From contig NIVC01000793.1 in NCBI GenBank assembly GCA_002269645.1, positions 379,152 to 443,151 on the forward strand: DNA of 64,000 nt, given 5' to 3'. Position numbers and translations under genes: made by a program. The DNA comes from Macrostomum lignano. Lineage: Eukaryota. Position 1 is the first letter of the stretch. Each line of letters starts with the position of its first letter. The notes beneath the pieces are model-generated. The model saw only the letters and a list, made by a program, of their open reading frames with translations. It was not told the DNA's origin and searched no databases. Shown here piece after piece: positions 49,241-61,803 of the stretch.

Positions 49241-49889
49241 GCTTCACAGCACGTTCTTCAATAACAGCGATATTAACTAAGGCAGAAATAGAAGTATTCG
49301 TTATGTTCACTGCAAGCCACTGACACAGTATGGAATAGTTATATTTATTAATTTATAATTAAAGCGGAGTTGCAGATACCTCAGGGTGGTGAAACGCTTC
49401 AAAGTATAGTAAATTACCATAAAATGTTAATGCTTACTAATTAAATAGGCGTTTAGAAATTGTTCAAATTGTTCAAAAATATGCAGAATCAAGACGTTAT
49501 AAGACGAAGGATTTTCGGTTAATCAATACAAGAGCAAAATTGATATTTTAAGCGCGGAATTTCGTAGCTCTTTTTTGAACTTGAGCGTCAAAGGTTTTTT
49601 AAGTGATTGATTGAGTGTGCAGTGGAGGTTCTGGACAAGCCTAAAAGCAAGTTAGCATGAGTGACGGGTACTGCCGCAACCACAGCTGGCTAAATGGGTC
49701 AAGCATTGATTTGTGCGAGATGAACCGCACTCTCAGTGCAGTTCTGCTTGGCTGCTGACAAGAAATTTTTTTTGGATGACGAACGAAGCATTATGAGAAT
49801 TGGAGATTGAAATTAGGAAAGGTCACACGAGATGGAAGAGGTTGACATGCATTGCGAGATTTTCTGGGAATCTAAAAAGACGGAGACGA

Positions 49890-50090
49890 GGGGAGAAAGA
49901 TAGATATTAGAGAGAGAGATAGGAGAGAGAGACGGAGAGGAGAGGGGGGGAGACGGAGAGGGGAGGGATAGAGACGGAGAGGAGAGAGAGATAGAGAGGA
50001 GAGAGACAGAGAGGAGAGAGATGGAAGGGAAAGGATAGAGACGGAGAGGAGAGGGATAGAGATGGAGAGGAGAGAGACAGACGGAGACTG
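49890..50090. repeat. GA-rich low-complexity tract
   Basis: Direct reading. Confidence 0.9.
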
Positions 50091-50390
50091 TGAGTGATAA
50101 CTGTGATTATTCCACAACAAATTGCCAGAGCGAAAGCTTCAAGCAAAGACAGCGCACCGACATGTAAGAGCGGCTGTAGGTTGCACTGCGAGACTTGGGG
50201 ATTGCGGGCAAAGGGCCTGTGACACAGCAGAAGCAAACAGTTGAACAAAATTAATGTTTAAATAACGAATCGCGAAAGTCGGAACTGATGGCGGGGGTGG
50301 CGGAAGGAAGAGAAGCGACAAAACAGTCACGCGGCTTCCCAGTTTGCGTCCTTAGCAACCAACTCGTTTTGCGCAACGCTATCCGTCTCC

Positions 50391-51626
50391 TTAACAACCG
50401 GAGCCATAGCCGCCGGCCGCAGAAAGCGCATGCCTGGAGACGCGACTCGGCGAGCTGACGGTGACCGGCCGCGCGCAGGTCGCCCGCCCGCCGCTGACGT
50501 GACCGCCGCAGCCGACGCCTGAACTTGACGGCTTCTGCGGCTGCTGCTGCGGCTGCTGCTGCTGCAGTGGAACTTCCGGCAATCCGCCAGCCTCTTGAAA
50601 GAACTTCAGCAGCTCCAGCGGCAGGGGGAAGATGATGGTCGAGTTCTTCTCGGCCGAGATGCTGCTCAGAGTCTGCAGGTAGCGCAGCTGCAGCGCCAGG
50701 TTGCACTCGGAGAGCTCCAGAGCGGCCAACTTCAACGCCTTACTCGCCTTCTGTTCGCCCTCCGCCGCGATCACCTTCGCCCGGGCCTCGCGGGCCGCCT
50801 CCGCCTCCGCCGCCATCGCCCGCTGCAGCTGAGTTGGCAGGCGGACATCCTTAATCTCGACGCGTTCCACCTTGACGCCCCAGGTGTCCGTGGCAGCGTC
50901 CAGCGTCTCCTGCATGACGATGGCGGAGTCGTCGCGGCCGGCCAGCAGCTCGTAGAGGCTCACCGTGCCAAGGACGTTGCGCAGAGTCGTCTGGGCGAGC
51001 AGCTTCGTGGACCGGCTGCAGTCCTCCACGTTCACCACCGACATGACGGGATCGAAGATTCGGTAATAGACCACTGCGTCCACTGCCACGGTCACGGAGT
51101 CCTTGGTCAGCACCTCCTGGGTGGGAACATCGAAGGTCATGGTTCGCAGGTCCACTCGCTTGATGGAGTCCATGCAGGGCATGATGAACACGAGGCCGGG
51201 GCCGCTGGCCTCCGCGCTGAGGATCCGGCCGAGTCGGAAGATCACCGCCCGCTCGTACTGGGCGATCACCTTCAGGCAGACAAAAAATGAGAATGGAAAA
51301 GTGACGGCAATTAGCAAGCCGATGAGGGCCTGCATGAGCAGCTCGCAGAACTGCATGGGCCGCTTGCTCTGCAGGGAGCCACCGAAACCGCGGCCAAGGC
51401 GCTCCGGCACCAGCGAGAAGGAGCGCTGCAGCCGCTGACGGGTCGGCCGGGACAGCCGCTCCGACTCGCTGCTGCCCTCCGAGTCGCTGCCGCTGCCGCT
51501 GCCGCCGTCGCTGCCGGTGCCGCCGTCACCGCTACCGCCGCCGCTTCCTCCATCCAGACCGCCAGAGCCGTTGTGCATGGCCGCCTTGAATCGGGTGTCG
51601 GAGCTGAAGCTGACGCCTTTGGCCAT
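50391..51626 (-). CDS. Stom: Stomatin/MEC-2-like SPFH (band 7) protein, 411 aa, intronless
   Basis: ATG 51626 in a gccATGG context (the track's start at 51698 is TTG). Hairpin membrane segment FCELL...TFPFS, YERAVIFRLGR, PCMD, VDLRT..FDVP.QEVLTKDSVTV.VDAVVYYRI, RAMAAEAEAAREARAKVIAAEGE, ALQLRYLQTL, NSTIIFPLP. Family call is certain; exact orthology is not. Confidence 0.95.
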   Translation of the reverse strand: MAKGVSFSSDTRFKAAMHNGSGGLDGGSGGGSGDGGTGSDGGSGSGSDSEGSSESERLSRPTRQRLQRSFSLVPERLGRGFGGSLQSKRPMQFCELLMQALIGLLIAVTFPFSFFVCLKVIAQYERAVIFRLGRILSAEASGPGLVFIMPCMDSIKRVDLRTMTFDVPTQEVLTKDSVTVAVDAVVYYRIFDPVMSVVNVEDCSRSTKLLAQTTLRNVLGTVSLYELLAGRDDSAIVMQETLDAATDTWGVKVERVEIKDVRLPTQLQRAMAAEAEAAREARAKVIAAEGEQKASKALKLAALELSECNLALQLRYLQTLSSISAEKNSTIIFPLPLELLKFFQEAGGLPEVPLQQQQPQQQPQKPSSSGVGCGGHVSGGRATCARPVTVSSPSRVSRHALSAAGGYGSGC

Positions 51627-53104
51627 GGCGGTCTCAGGGGCCAGCGGTGGCTGCAGCAGCTGCTTTAGCGGCTGCCACAACAGCAATAAAAGTGCCAATT
51701 ATTTGGGAGGAGGCTGGGGCGGCGGTGGCTGAGTCAATTCTGGCGACCGGGGCGCCCGAATGCATGATTGCCGAGTGCTGAGAGTGCCTGCGGTCGATTT
51801 TGTGGGAGGCCTTTTTTATTTTCGAACTTTAAATTTAGGAATGGAGAAGAAATGTTGGCTAGGGGCAGCTGCAGAAGCTTTTCGTAAAACTCAGCTGGAA
51901 ATTACCAGACTGGGGCGCCTTCCTCTCGGTTCAGCTAGGGAGTGTATCTCTGAATCAGGCTTATCCCATGGGTGACTTATCCCCTTCACTGCCGTCTCCT
52001 GGACTCCCCATTCCCCAATCCGCTACTTTCCATCCCCTCCTCACCCAGCCACTTGGAAGCGACAAAGAGGATTGGCTCTGCAGCAGTTCGCAATTAATGC
52101 GCCATCGTTTTCTTCTAAGACATAAAATATTCATTTGCAGCCAGGTTTGCAACTGTATATCCTGTTCTTTCATTTCGACTCTATGATTGCTTGTGAGCTG
52201 CTTGACTTAGCCTGTCGAAAGGAATGGAATGTGTCTGTATCAGTTTGCCTACTCTCGTAATTTTTTCAAGACACTTTTGCCCAAGCTACACTTTCTAGCA
52301 AGAGCGGGTGTGTGGGGGTAAAGCCGATTTTTTATCAGTTTAACAATGCCTAGTCATCACAGTTCTTGATTCTTAAAATGGAATCTGTTAGGGAGAGGCT
52401 TTATACCACAGATTCTATATTACCTAGATGGGTCCAAGGACAACTTGATCAAGTTGTCCTTGGATGGGTCACTCCAGCCGCCTGGCTGCAGCACGAAAAC
52501 CACGCGGGGTTAAGACCATAAACTAAAGCTTCTGCTCATTAGCAGTAGCAGTTAGTGTCTATGGCCCTATCCCCGGGGTTTTCGGGGCCTCAGAGACGGC
52601 CCCTAAATACATTAACGAATGCTGCAGTGATAACACAGAATCTGTGGTTTGACATGGGTTCTCACACGAAGCTGGAGTTTTACCATAGACTAAGACTATA
52701 AATGATTAAATAAGAGCCGTGACTTAAAGCTTGAATTGGGCCAGAAAGACGAGACGAGACGTTTTGTTATCAGACTTACATGTCTGCGCTTGTTTTATTG
52801 TTTGACATATTTGTTTGAAATAAAGTTGAATGTTTGAATTCGTACGTGCGAGAATTTACCGCACAGGTTCGCGTTATTGGTGAAAGACGGCCTTTTGGTC
52901 ATAGACAATGGATAGTGGGGTCATTTGAGAAGGCTTGGCCATATGTCAATGTATATGGTCCACTCTCGCTGATGGGAGGAGTGTTGAGTCATAGACTACA
53001 TTTCGCGAGAAAGGATGAGAGAAATATTTGCTCGCTTTTGTCCGGGGGGAGGAACGATATAGAGTTTTGTTACCACTCTGATCTGCTTACTGCACCAGAG
53101 AATG

Positions 53105-53350
53105 AATGATTCCTGCATGGTCACGAGTGCGGGAATGACATCTGCACGAGTGCGCGCTAGCGCACGAGTTCACGATGCCCTTCACGCACGAGTGAACGTG
53201 AAGGAATCCCATTGTCGGATGAGTCATCGTGCAGGAATGCACAAAACCGTGCAGGAATGCATTTCTGCGCCTAATGATTTTCAGTGAGATTTTACCATAG
53301 ACATCCATTCCTGCACGCAAAAGAGTGCAAGAATGCCATTCCTGCATGGA
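53105..53350. repeat. MITE-like patch with cattcctgcacg motifs in both orientations
   Basis: cgtgcaggaatg at about 53229 and 53249 versus cattcctgca at about 53306 and 53337. Confidence 0.4.
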
Positions 53351-53399
53351 AAATCAGCCGACAATGTTGAACTTAAGCCATCATCTACTTACCCCTATC

Positions 53400-55052
53400 A
53401 GCAAATCGTTATCTGGAAGAGCTAAGCAAAGATTTTGCTTGAAGAATTGTGGAGGAAGAAATTCCGGACGTACATGAATGAAGATAGCGCTCAACGAGCT
53501 GAAACAGCTTGAACAAGAAGGAATTCCTGAGTCTTTCTATTCTAACTATTCTAAAACAACAATTTGCGTCTTTTCCACGCACAACTGAGATCCCAGTATG
53601 GTCTCTGAAATGATTGATTTATTCATTGATTTGCATTGGAGCTGGTTTGCACCGATTTCTTCGACATCAATCGTCGAAGCTGCTCAAGATTATGAACTAC
53701 TTTGATTGGAGTACTGGCGAAGTACTGCAGCAAGAGGTGCTGTTTCAGCTTATTTGGTTACTTCGGACTACGTTACGTGGCGAGAAACTTTGCCGCTTCT
53801 ATCCAAGACAAGTTTCGTCTATAAAGAGGACTCAGGGGGGCATTCTGCTTCTCCGGTGTATGCAGAGCACTTCATCTGTGACTGCTCCGCCTTTACTCAG
53901 GACAGGCTTGCACCTACCTCGGCCCAAACCCGGACCTCTCCGACGTTTTTTTAGGCCCGAGTTTGTGCCAGCTCGTCCGCTACCAGACCAGACAAGCGAC
54001 CATCGACCTCATGGACTCTCCGGACCGCGCTTTGGACACCGGCATCACCGGATTTCTCGAAAAGGTGCCGATTTCCGTGCTATTAAGTCTTCAGCAGCAC
54101 TGAGTATGGAGACGAGCTCCTCTGTGCTAGACGTGTTGGTGAGGTTACAACAGGCGATTACGCTGAGAAAACCTATTGAATGAATGAACGTTTCTTATGA
54201 GAATTTTATTAAGACAGCAGTTGCTGCATGGTCCTATATAGATAAATTATGTTAGTATTTTGTTAAAATTAAGTCGATTGACTGGTGAATCAGCCTTTAA
54301 TTAATGCACACGCAGGTTTGTGAAATAAAGATAAGATGATGCACCTTTTAATACAGCCCAATGATTTTATTTCTAAACTTTTCAGACTGAAACAGAAAAA
54401 ATTTAGCGCTGAGTCCCGGCTTATTAGTTTACAAAAGTGCACAGACTAAAGACATTACGCTGATTATAGAAAGTCGCAGAGTGAAGTCCGTGCCTTCTTC
54501 GCATGGGCCTGAGAGGCAGGCATTTGGATAACTTAATTCACTAATTGCCTAACGAAGGCAACGAGGAATTTCTGCCTTACTGTATTTTTTGCGTATAGCT
54601 GCAAAAGCAAAAGGGGGCAGCTAATTCATCGATTAGACCTGCACGTGCGGGAGTCGAGAGACGGTATTAGCTCGTAATAGACGGTATAAGCTGGATTTAT
54701 AGTGGTGCACTTGACGGAATATGAAGAAAAGCATGCGAATTTTTCGTCGCTAATTTTCATTTTTAAAAGCTTTCATACCACGGATTTCAGCGGAGCTTGC
54801 TGAAGAATTTTCGAAACAAAATTTTTGGATCGGTCAATTACAGTGAGTCTGCGCGGCTCCAGTCGACCACAAAAAATTTAAGGGGATCGCTTTGCTCGTA
54901 TTGCATTTAGCAGTTGAAAACGATGGGAAAATTTTTGTCACTCGCATAATCCCATGCCATCTGTTTGTTGATACATTTTCTAATATTGAGCGCGCCGTAC
55001 ATGTACTTGATGCAATCCCTCAAGTCCTAGCAGTAGACTTCTCTTTAGGCAT
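53400..55052 (-). pseudogene. Possible heavily decayed hAT-like transposase remnant
   Basis: Scattered minus-strand fragments (MPKEKST at 55052, RVTKIFPSFST, PLSPLYRRNLSWIEAAKF, LVERY) in the order expected for CGGBP1-like hAT transposases; many stops and shifts; weak similarity recalled from memory only. Confidence 0.25.
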
Positions 55053-55380
55053 CTTAGCAATTAAAGTGGCTCTTATCAAGGACGACTGACTAGTAAGTAA
55101 CTAAGTCAACTAACAAACTCGCCCTTGATAAATGCGGGTGCACGTACATGTACGTGTGTAATCCTGCACGTAATACACCACGTACGGTGCTGTGCTCGGT
55201 TAATTTTTTGATAGCTGTTATAGAATATAAAAAATTTTCACTAGAAAATATTTGAACTGCATTGGAAGCAATGTGAATCATGCCTTTATTTTATTAGTAA
55301 TTAAAAAATAATACTAATAAATCTTGCTAGTTTTGACTATTACTCCGTGTAGAAAACCATTACCAACTATCAACATTTGC

Positions 55381-55424
55381 AAATCGACGCGTTTCGCACT
55401 CCGTGGTGTGCATCTTCAGGTTTA
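55381..55424 (-). ncRNA. Minimal type I hammerhead-ribozyme-like motif
   Basis: Minus strand reads aaac CUGAAGA U GCAC accacgga GUGC GAAAC GC GUC gauuug. Core motifs, 4-bp stem II and palindromic stem III are present; stem I is imperfect. Confidence 0.6.
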
Positions 55425-55499
55425 TTTTAATAGAACGAACAAAAAAACTGAGGCTGACGATAATAAATATTTGTGAGGCAAAAGAATTTTATTTGATGA

Positions 55500-57300
55500 A
55501 TAATGAATTATTCTGTACAGTATTTGCAAAGCGAGCAACTCTACCTGATTACTCCGTGTATTAAAAGTACTGAAAAAACAAAGTTAAAATAATTTTAAAT
55601 AAATATTTACAGAAAGTAAGTTTCTTTTGTATTTAAAGTACTTTTTAAAGTTAAAATTTCCATACCTTACGTGCGTTTCTTTTGTTAGGATTTTTCGATT
55701 TTCGCATTTTAACTTTTACTCTCTAAAAAGTTTTAATTTTAAGACAGCTAAAAGTGCTAATGCTAACAGTAACAGCTAACATTTTTTGACACATTATATG
55801 TGAATACCTTCTAATTTGGTCTTTTATGTATCTAATAAATTTGTGCATCAGTACCAGTACTTCATACTGGTACTATATATTTTAGATTAGTTAAACTTAA
55901 AGAACTATACACTATATACATATATACACATGCAACATACACAGTAACCAGTAACACATTTCATTTACACTTCCAGTTTTTTTATTTTCTTCGAATTTAG
56001 AATAAGAATTTAGAATGAAAACCGTTGACTGCAAAACTTTTTATATGAATTTCATTTGAGTATAACAGTCAAAAGATATACCAGTTGTTTAATAATGCTA
56101 GTAATTAATATTAACAAAAATGTTCTCTACAAAAACATTTTAATGCTTTAGTTCTTGCTCTTTAAACTAATATCAGTATCAATATTTTTATGGTTTTGGA
56201 TCCTTTTAATAATTTTTACCTTTTTACCTTTTAATAATAGCAATAATAAAAATATATATTAATTAGAACAAAAGCAATAAACTAATATTTTTACTAGCAT
56301 AGATGCCAAGCTTCTTAGTATTATTATATTGACAATATAATATGCTAATTATTTTAACTATATGACAACTTTTAATTGTCAACAAAAATTCATATTAGAA
56401 ATTCCCAGAATAGGCTATCTTGTTCTTTCCTATTTTTTGACTTTCATTGTAAACAATTCTGAATAGGATAAAAGTTGTTTAAACAATTTTTTTCTTTAAA
56501 ATTTGTAAATTAGAAAAGTTTTCCTAAGTTTAATATTTTTAAGCTATAAGTAAAAGTGTTATAATCTCAAAATTAAAAGGATTAACAAATCAAGTATAGA
56601 GAACAGGAGTTATATTATACTTAAATTATAATATAGATTAGTTAATCTAAAAAGCTACCATAAGGAAAAATAGTTAAAAACCTGTGACCCTCTAATCCTA
56701 AGACTTGATATAAATAAAAGCTAAATGAAATTTTCATTATAAGTAAATCATAGTACATAGAAGATATTATTTTGAAAAGTAAATACATAATTATTTAAAG
56801 TATATAAATTTATACTAGTTTAACACATCAATGTTATCAATATTATAGGTAGATATTACCAATGAAAGATATAAAAATGTACTATTATACCATAGATTAA
56901 AATAGTGAAAATAATAATTCATTTATTGTAACTCTAGTATTAAAATCTAAATGTTTAGGTGAACATTTTTTCAAGTATAATATTAACAATAATAAGTATC
57001 ATTAAAAGCAAGAGTACTTTCTTTGATAAAGAATATATCAAGGTTAAGATCCAAAATATTAGTTGAAAAATCTACAAATAGGAGACTAAGTAGCAAAGAT
57101 GGTCTTTAAAATTATTGTTAGTCCTAAATCAATATATATTAAAAGTAAAGACAACTTCTAAATGCCTGTAATAAGTTTAAAGCATATATTATATTCTGGG
57201 AATTCTGATCTATCTTTCTTTAGGTGTAGCTTTCTTGAGTCAATTTTAAATGCTACTTTATTGCTACTATTAGTGTTTTCACACACTTTAATATAAACCA
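55500..57300. other. Second extremely AT-rich block
   Basis: About 20-25% GC by eye, no ORFs. Confidence 0.8.
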
Positions 57301-57313
57301 AACAACATTTCAG

Positions 57314-59431
57314 GAGGATCAAGAAGCTCAAGCAGCATATTATCGGGAAGAGGAGGTGGCGACGCAGATAGCAGTTTTAATAGAGGCCATGGCCACTTCA
57401 GAGGAGGCGGTAGGGGAGACAACTACTATAGTAGAGGCAATGGAGGAAGTAACCATTTTGATAGGGGCCACGGCTATTTTAGAGGCGGAGGAGACAACAG
57501 TTTTATGAGAGGCGGTGGGGGTCGTCACCTAGGAGGTGCAGGATTTTCTGGTGGCCATCGAGAAGGATGGAATGACAATCATGGCTTCCGAGGCAGGGGT
57601 CGTGGCAGGAGACCTTGGCCGCTGTACCAATGTGAGTCTGCGGTTTCCCTTGCAATATTTTAAATCATTTTTCGTGGCTCTAAATATTGTTTGATCGAAT
57701 TTACATTTTACAGCCCCGGTAGATCGCGAGTTTACTCACACTCCACATGGAGGACTCGTCGTCACTATTCAGAATAAATGCTGTCGTGGCGGCGGTGGTG
57801 GTGGTGTCGTTAACCCGAACGCTGGTCGTGGCGGTCGTGTCGTTAACCTGAACGGCGGTCGTGGTGGTGGTTTTAACCCGAACTCCGGTCAAGGCGGTGG
57901 ACACATTAGTCAACGCCCGCCTCAAAGGGGTTGGGGTCAAGGTCAACGCGGTCGCAGTCCTCGTGGGAGAGGCCGACGGCGAGGTCGAGGTCGCGGCGAT
58001 GGTCAACCACAACGAAATGATCATGGTGGAAATAATGAGGTTGGCATTAAGGATGGAGATGGAAATCAGGAGGCTGGTGGCGAAGATGAAGATGGAAATG
58101 AGGAGGCTGGTGGCGAAGATGATGAAGACAGAAATGAGGAGGCTGGTGGCGAAGATGAAGATGGAAATGAGGAGGCTGGTGGCGAAGATGAAGATGGAAA
58201 TGAGGAGGCTGGTGGTGAAGATGATGAAGACAGAAATGAGGAGACTGGTGGCGAAGATGAAGATGGAAAAGAGGAGGTCGATAACAAAGATGCTGAGAAA
58301 GATTTACAGGGAAATGCAATCGAGAATAATGTTGAGGATGGTGCCGGATCTAAGGAGGCTCCAGCCAGTAGTATCAGTAATGAAGCACTTACGGAACAAA
58401 ACAGTAGTCAGTCTGTGGACAAATTTGCCCCACTAGCAGAGGAAACTGTAAAATTATCTGCACCAAATTCAGCTGAAGAACCGACCGAAGGAGAATCTGC
58501 CAATGCAGCCGAAGAATCTGCCGAATCAGCGAAGCCTAATGAAGAAGGAGAATCTGCCAATGCAGCCGAAGAATCTGCCGAATCAGCGAAGCCTAATGAA
58601 GAAGGAGAATCTGCCAATGCAGCCGAAGAATCTGGCGAATCAGCGAAGCCTAATGAAGAAGGAGAATCTGCCAATGCAGCCGAGGAATCTACCGAATCAG
58701 CGAAGCTTAATGAAGAAGGAGAATCTGCCAATGCAGCAGAGGAATCACCGAATCAGCGAAGCCTAATGAAGAAGGAGAATCTGCCAATGCAGCCGAAGAA
58801 TCTGGCGAATCAGCGAAGCCTAATGAAGCAGAATCTGCCAACAAAGCCGAAGAATCTACCGAATCAGCAAAGCCTAATGAAGAAGGAGAATCTGCCAATG
58901 CAGCCGAGAATCTGCGAATCAGCGAAGCCTAATGAAGCAGAATCTGCCAACAAAGCCGAAGAATCTGGCGAATCAACGAAGCCTAATGAAGAAGGAGAAT
59001 CTGCCAATGCAGCCGAGGAATCTACCGAATCAGCGAAGCTTAATGAAGAAGGAGAATCTGCCAATGCAGCAGAGGAATCTACCGAATCAGCGAAGCCTAA
59101 TGAAGAAGGAAAATCTGCCAATGCAGCCGAAGAATCTGGCGAATCAGCGAAGCCTAATGAAGCAGAATCTGCCAACAAAGCCGAAGAATCTACCGAATCA
59201 GCAAAGCCTAATGAAGAAGGAGAATCTGCCAATGCAGCCGAGGAATCTACCGAATCAGCGAAGCCTAATGAAGCAGAATCTGCCAACAAAGCCGAAGAAT
59301 CTATGGAATCGGCAAACCCAACCGAAGGAGAATCTGCCAATACTGGAGACTCTACCGACGCAGAGAAGCTACCTGTAGATTCGGAATCAGCAGCCAGCCC
59401 AGTGGAAGCTGTGCATCAGAGTTCCAATTGA
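57314..59431 (+). CDS. 5'-incomplete low-complexity protein: RGG/Gly-rich block, acidic GED repeats, then 19-aa ESANAAEESxESAKPNEEG repeats
   Basis: Exon 57314-57631 and exon 57714-59431 joined by an 82-nt phase-1 GT-AG intron; open for about 678 codons; start exon not found. Confidence 0.75.
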
Positions 59432-61803
59432 TTTTTCACGGCCTGGCTTTGTTGATAAATTAAAATCCATCTGACTCGCCATTTAAATAAAGATTATTCA
59501 TGAGTATACGCAAGCCTCTAGATAAAACATTTTCTGGTGTCTCTTGTTTCCTAAAATTCGTTAATCGGTTTGTTTAAGCACTAGAAAAAGTTGAACTTAA
59601 AAATGTTTAAATAAAATATTTACTTCTCCAGGTCCTCGTGCTGGGCTCTTGTCATTGTCACCCCCATCCAGGATCTCAAGACTTAAAACTTTCTGGTGCC
59701 AACGTAGCTTTCAATGGTCTTTCCGCTGGCCAGATCTTAGCTATATACTCGAAAAATTAAAGTTACGTAGTAGATCTAAATACAATATTGTTTCGCTAAG
59801 ACTTACAGTTTTAGTGTCATAGTCTCATATTCAATAGGTCATAGTCTCATAGTCAATAGGTCATAGTCTCATAGTCAGTACTGTCTCATTGCGTTAACAT
59901 GTTTTTTAAATAGTTAAATATTGTCATTATATGGGAGAATAATCATAAATTGTTTTTTGTATTCTAATTTTATTTTTAAACCAAAATTTTGCATTGCATG
60001 CATCGATTTACTCTACTTCCATTTCTAGAAGCAATTCATTAGTCAATCGCCCCTGTTATGAAGTTGGTATAAGAGCGTAATACATTTTGGTTTATAATAC
60101 TGCATTAATAACATTGATATGAATTGATTTTAACATTTTCATCAGTTAACAAATGTTAACCATACTTTTTCTCGCAATTAAAAATGTATAAATCGGTGTC
60201 CAATTTTACTTAACAAGATTGCAGTGTGCGTACACATTGATTGCTTACACAAAATTAGTCTTCTGTTTAGTTTTTTATCTAATTTTTTTATAAATGGTTT
60301 ATTTTGTTTTTTCGTATGGCGACTTTATTAGCATATAATTAATAACCGGAGTGGAGATCCATAATAATATATTACTGAAATATACTGAATACGTAATGAT
60401 TTAACTTACGCTAGTAGCTCTGTGGGTCAAAGATTGTTCAAACCAGTTTTAAAATTAGTGAAAGCTAACTGTACATTGATTTGAGCAATTTTAGACTCAC
60501 TGAGTTAGTAGCGATAATGTGTACCGGTCTTACGGTTACGTTTGTCTTCGATATTAATGATGATTAGCTGTTATATACCGTACTCGCAAATTTTGACAAG
60601 TTTTTAATAGCTTGATTTCATTAAAAAAAAAAAAAAAAAAAACAACTTTGCAACTTTATTCAATTGCGCCCCTTCATAACAATTGAACAATTGAACGAGT
60701 TCTCGCGGTTTTCCAAGACCTAATTAAATGTACATGTAGATGATGAGGCATTATTATATTCAGTTAAGTTTACCCTGGTCTTCTTTGTTGCATGGGTTTT
60801 TCGGTCTTTGATCTACACACCACTACGTACAAAACTCTCGATAGTCTCCGACTGCGCCCGTAGATTGAAGGACACTGCTGGGACTGCATTGCATTGATCA
60901 TCCAGGGACAGAGAGAGGACTTTTTGCAGGGGTTCTTGCGGTGGCGAGTCTACATGCTACATGCACAGCTGTTGTTATTGAATTCTCAGAAAATACGGTC
61001 GAGCTACATGTATATATGTCATTATTAATCGCTTTTGGCCTGAAATGTGTCAACTCGGCGGCAGATAGCGCTGATAATCGCAGAGCCTTTAAGTGATCCC
61101 CTGATTAGACCGACTAATGACTCATTCCTGTCACTAAAAGTACATACCTGTCGGATGGTTTGCCTGATTTCGGAATCTGATCCTGATTGACAGCGCTGAT
61201 CGACTGGAAGCTGCATTGCTTTCGGCCCACTGCATGCAAACTTTGCCTCAAAAAATTGGCCACTCGCCAATTCTTGACAGCATTACAATAAAAAAGAAAG
61301 CTTTCAAACTTTGATTGAATTCAGCTTTCCTTCTAAATTCACGCTTCTTCAAACTATAAGCAATTGTTTAATAAATTTGAACTGCAGTTGCTTCAGATTC
61401 ACCGCATGAAAGCAAATATGCAAAAATGCAAATACTATCCAGAAACTGAACAGGAGTTCGGATGATAGGTGCACACCGATAAAAGCATGGGTCTAGAAGC
61501 TGGCCTCTCACCAACTAATCAGATTTTCAAGCTGCCGGTGGCCAGGAAGCCCACCGTACGTGTGCTTCTGTTGTCCTTAGGTGATGTAGATCCGGGGAGT
61601 CTGGTGCCCGTGAGAGGCGATGTTAACCATCTGGTGCTCTCGTGGACGTACATGTAGAAGGCGCTGGATATACGTTTGTAGCGAGGAGTCCTTGCCGGAG
61701 AGAGCAGAGAGACACGTCGTTGGAACTGGTATGAGCGGGAAGGGGCCAGACGCCCTTTTCGAGCCGCCTTAACTAGTCTTCTGCAGCGGGCCGACTTGTT
61801 ATA

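Noticed and set aside
50595-51553. Antisense ORFs over stomatin, and similar shadows over Dscam exons
   Set aside because: Expected from GC3-rich codon bias; no domain features.
57861-58436. MKMEMRRLVAK ORF, and the MQPKNLPNQRSL and ADSPSSL ORFs nearby
   Set aside because: Alternative-frame or antisense readings of the RGG/acidic gene repeats.
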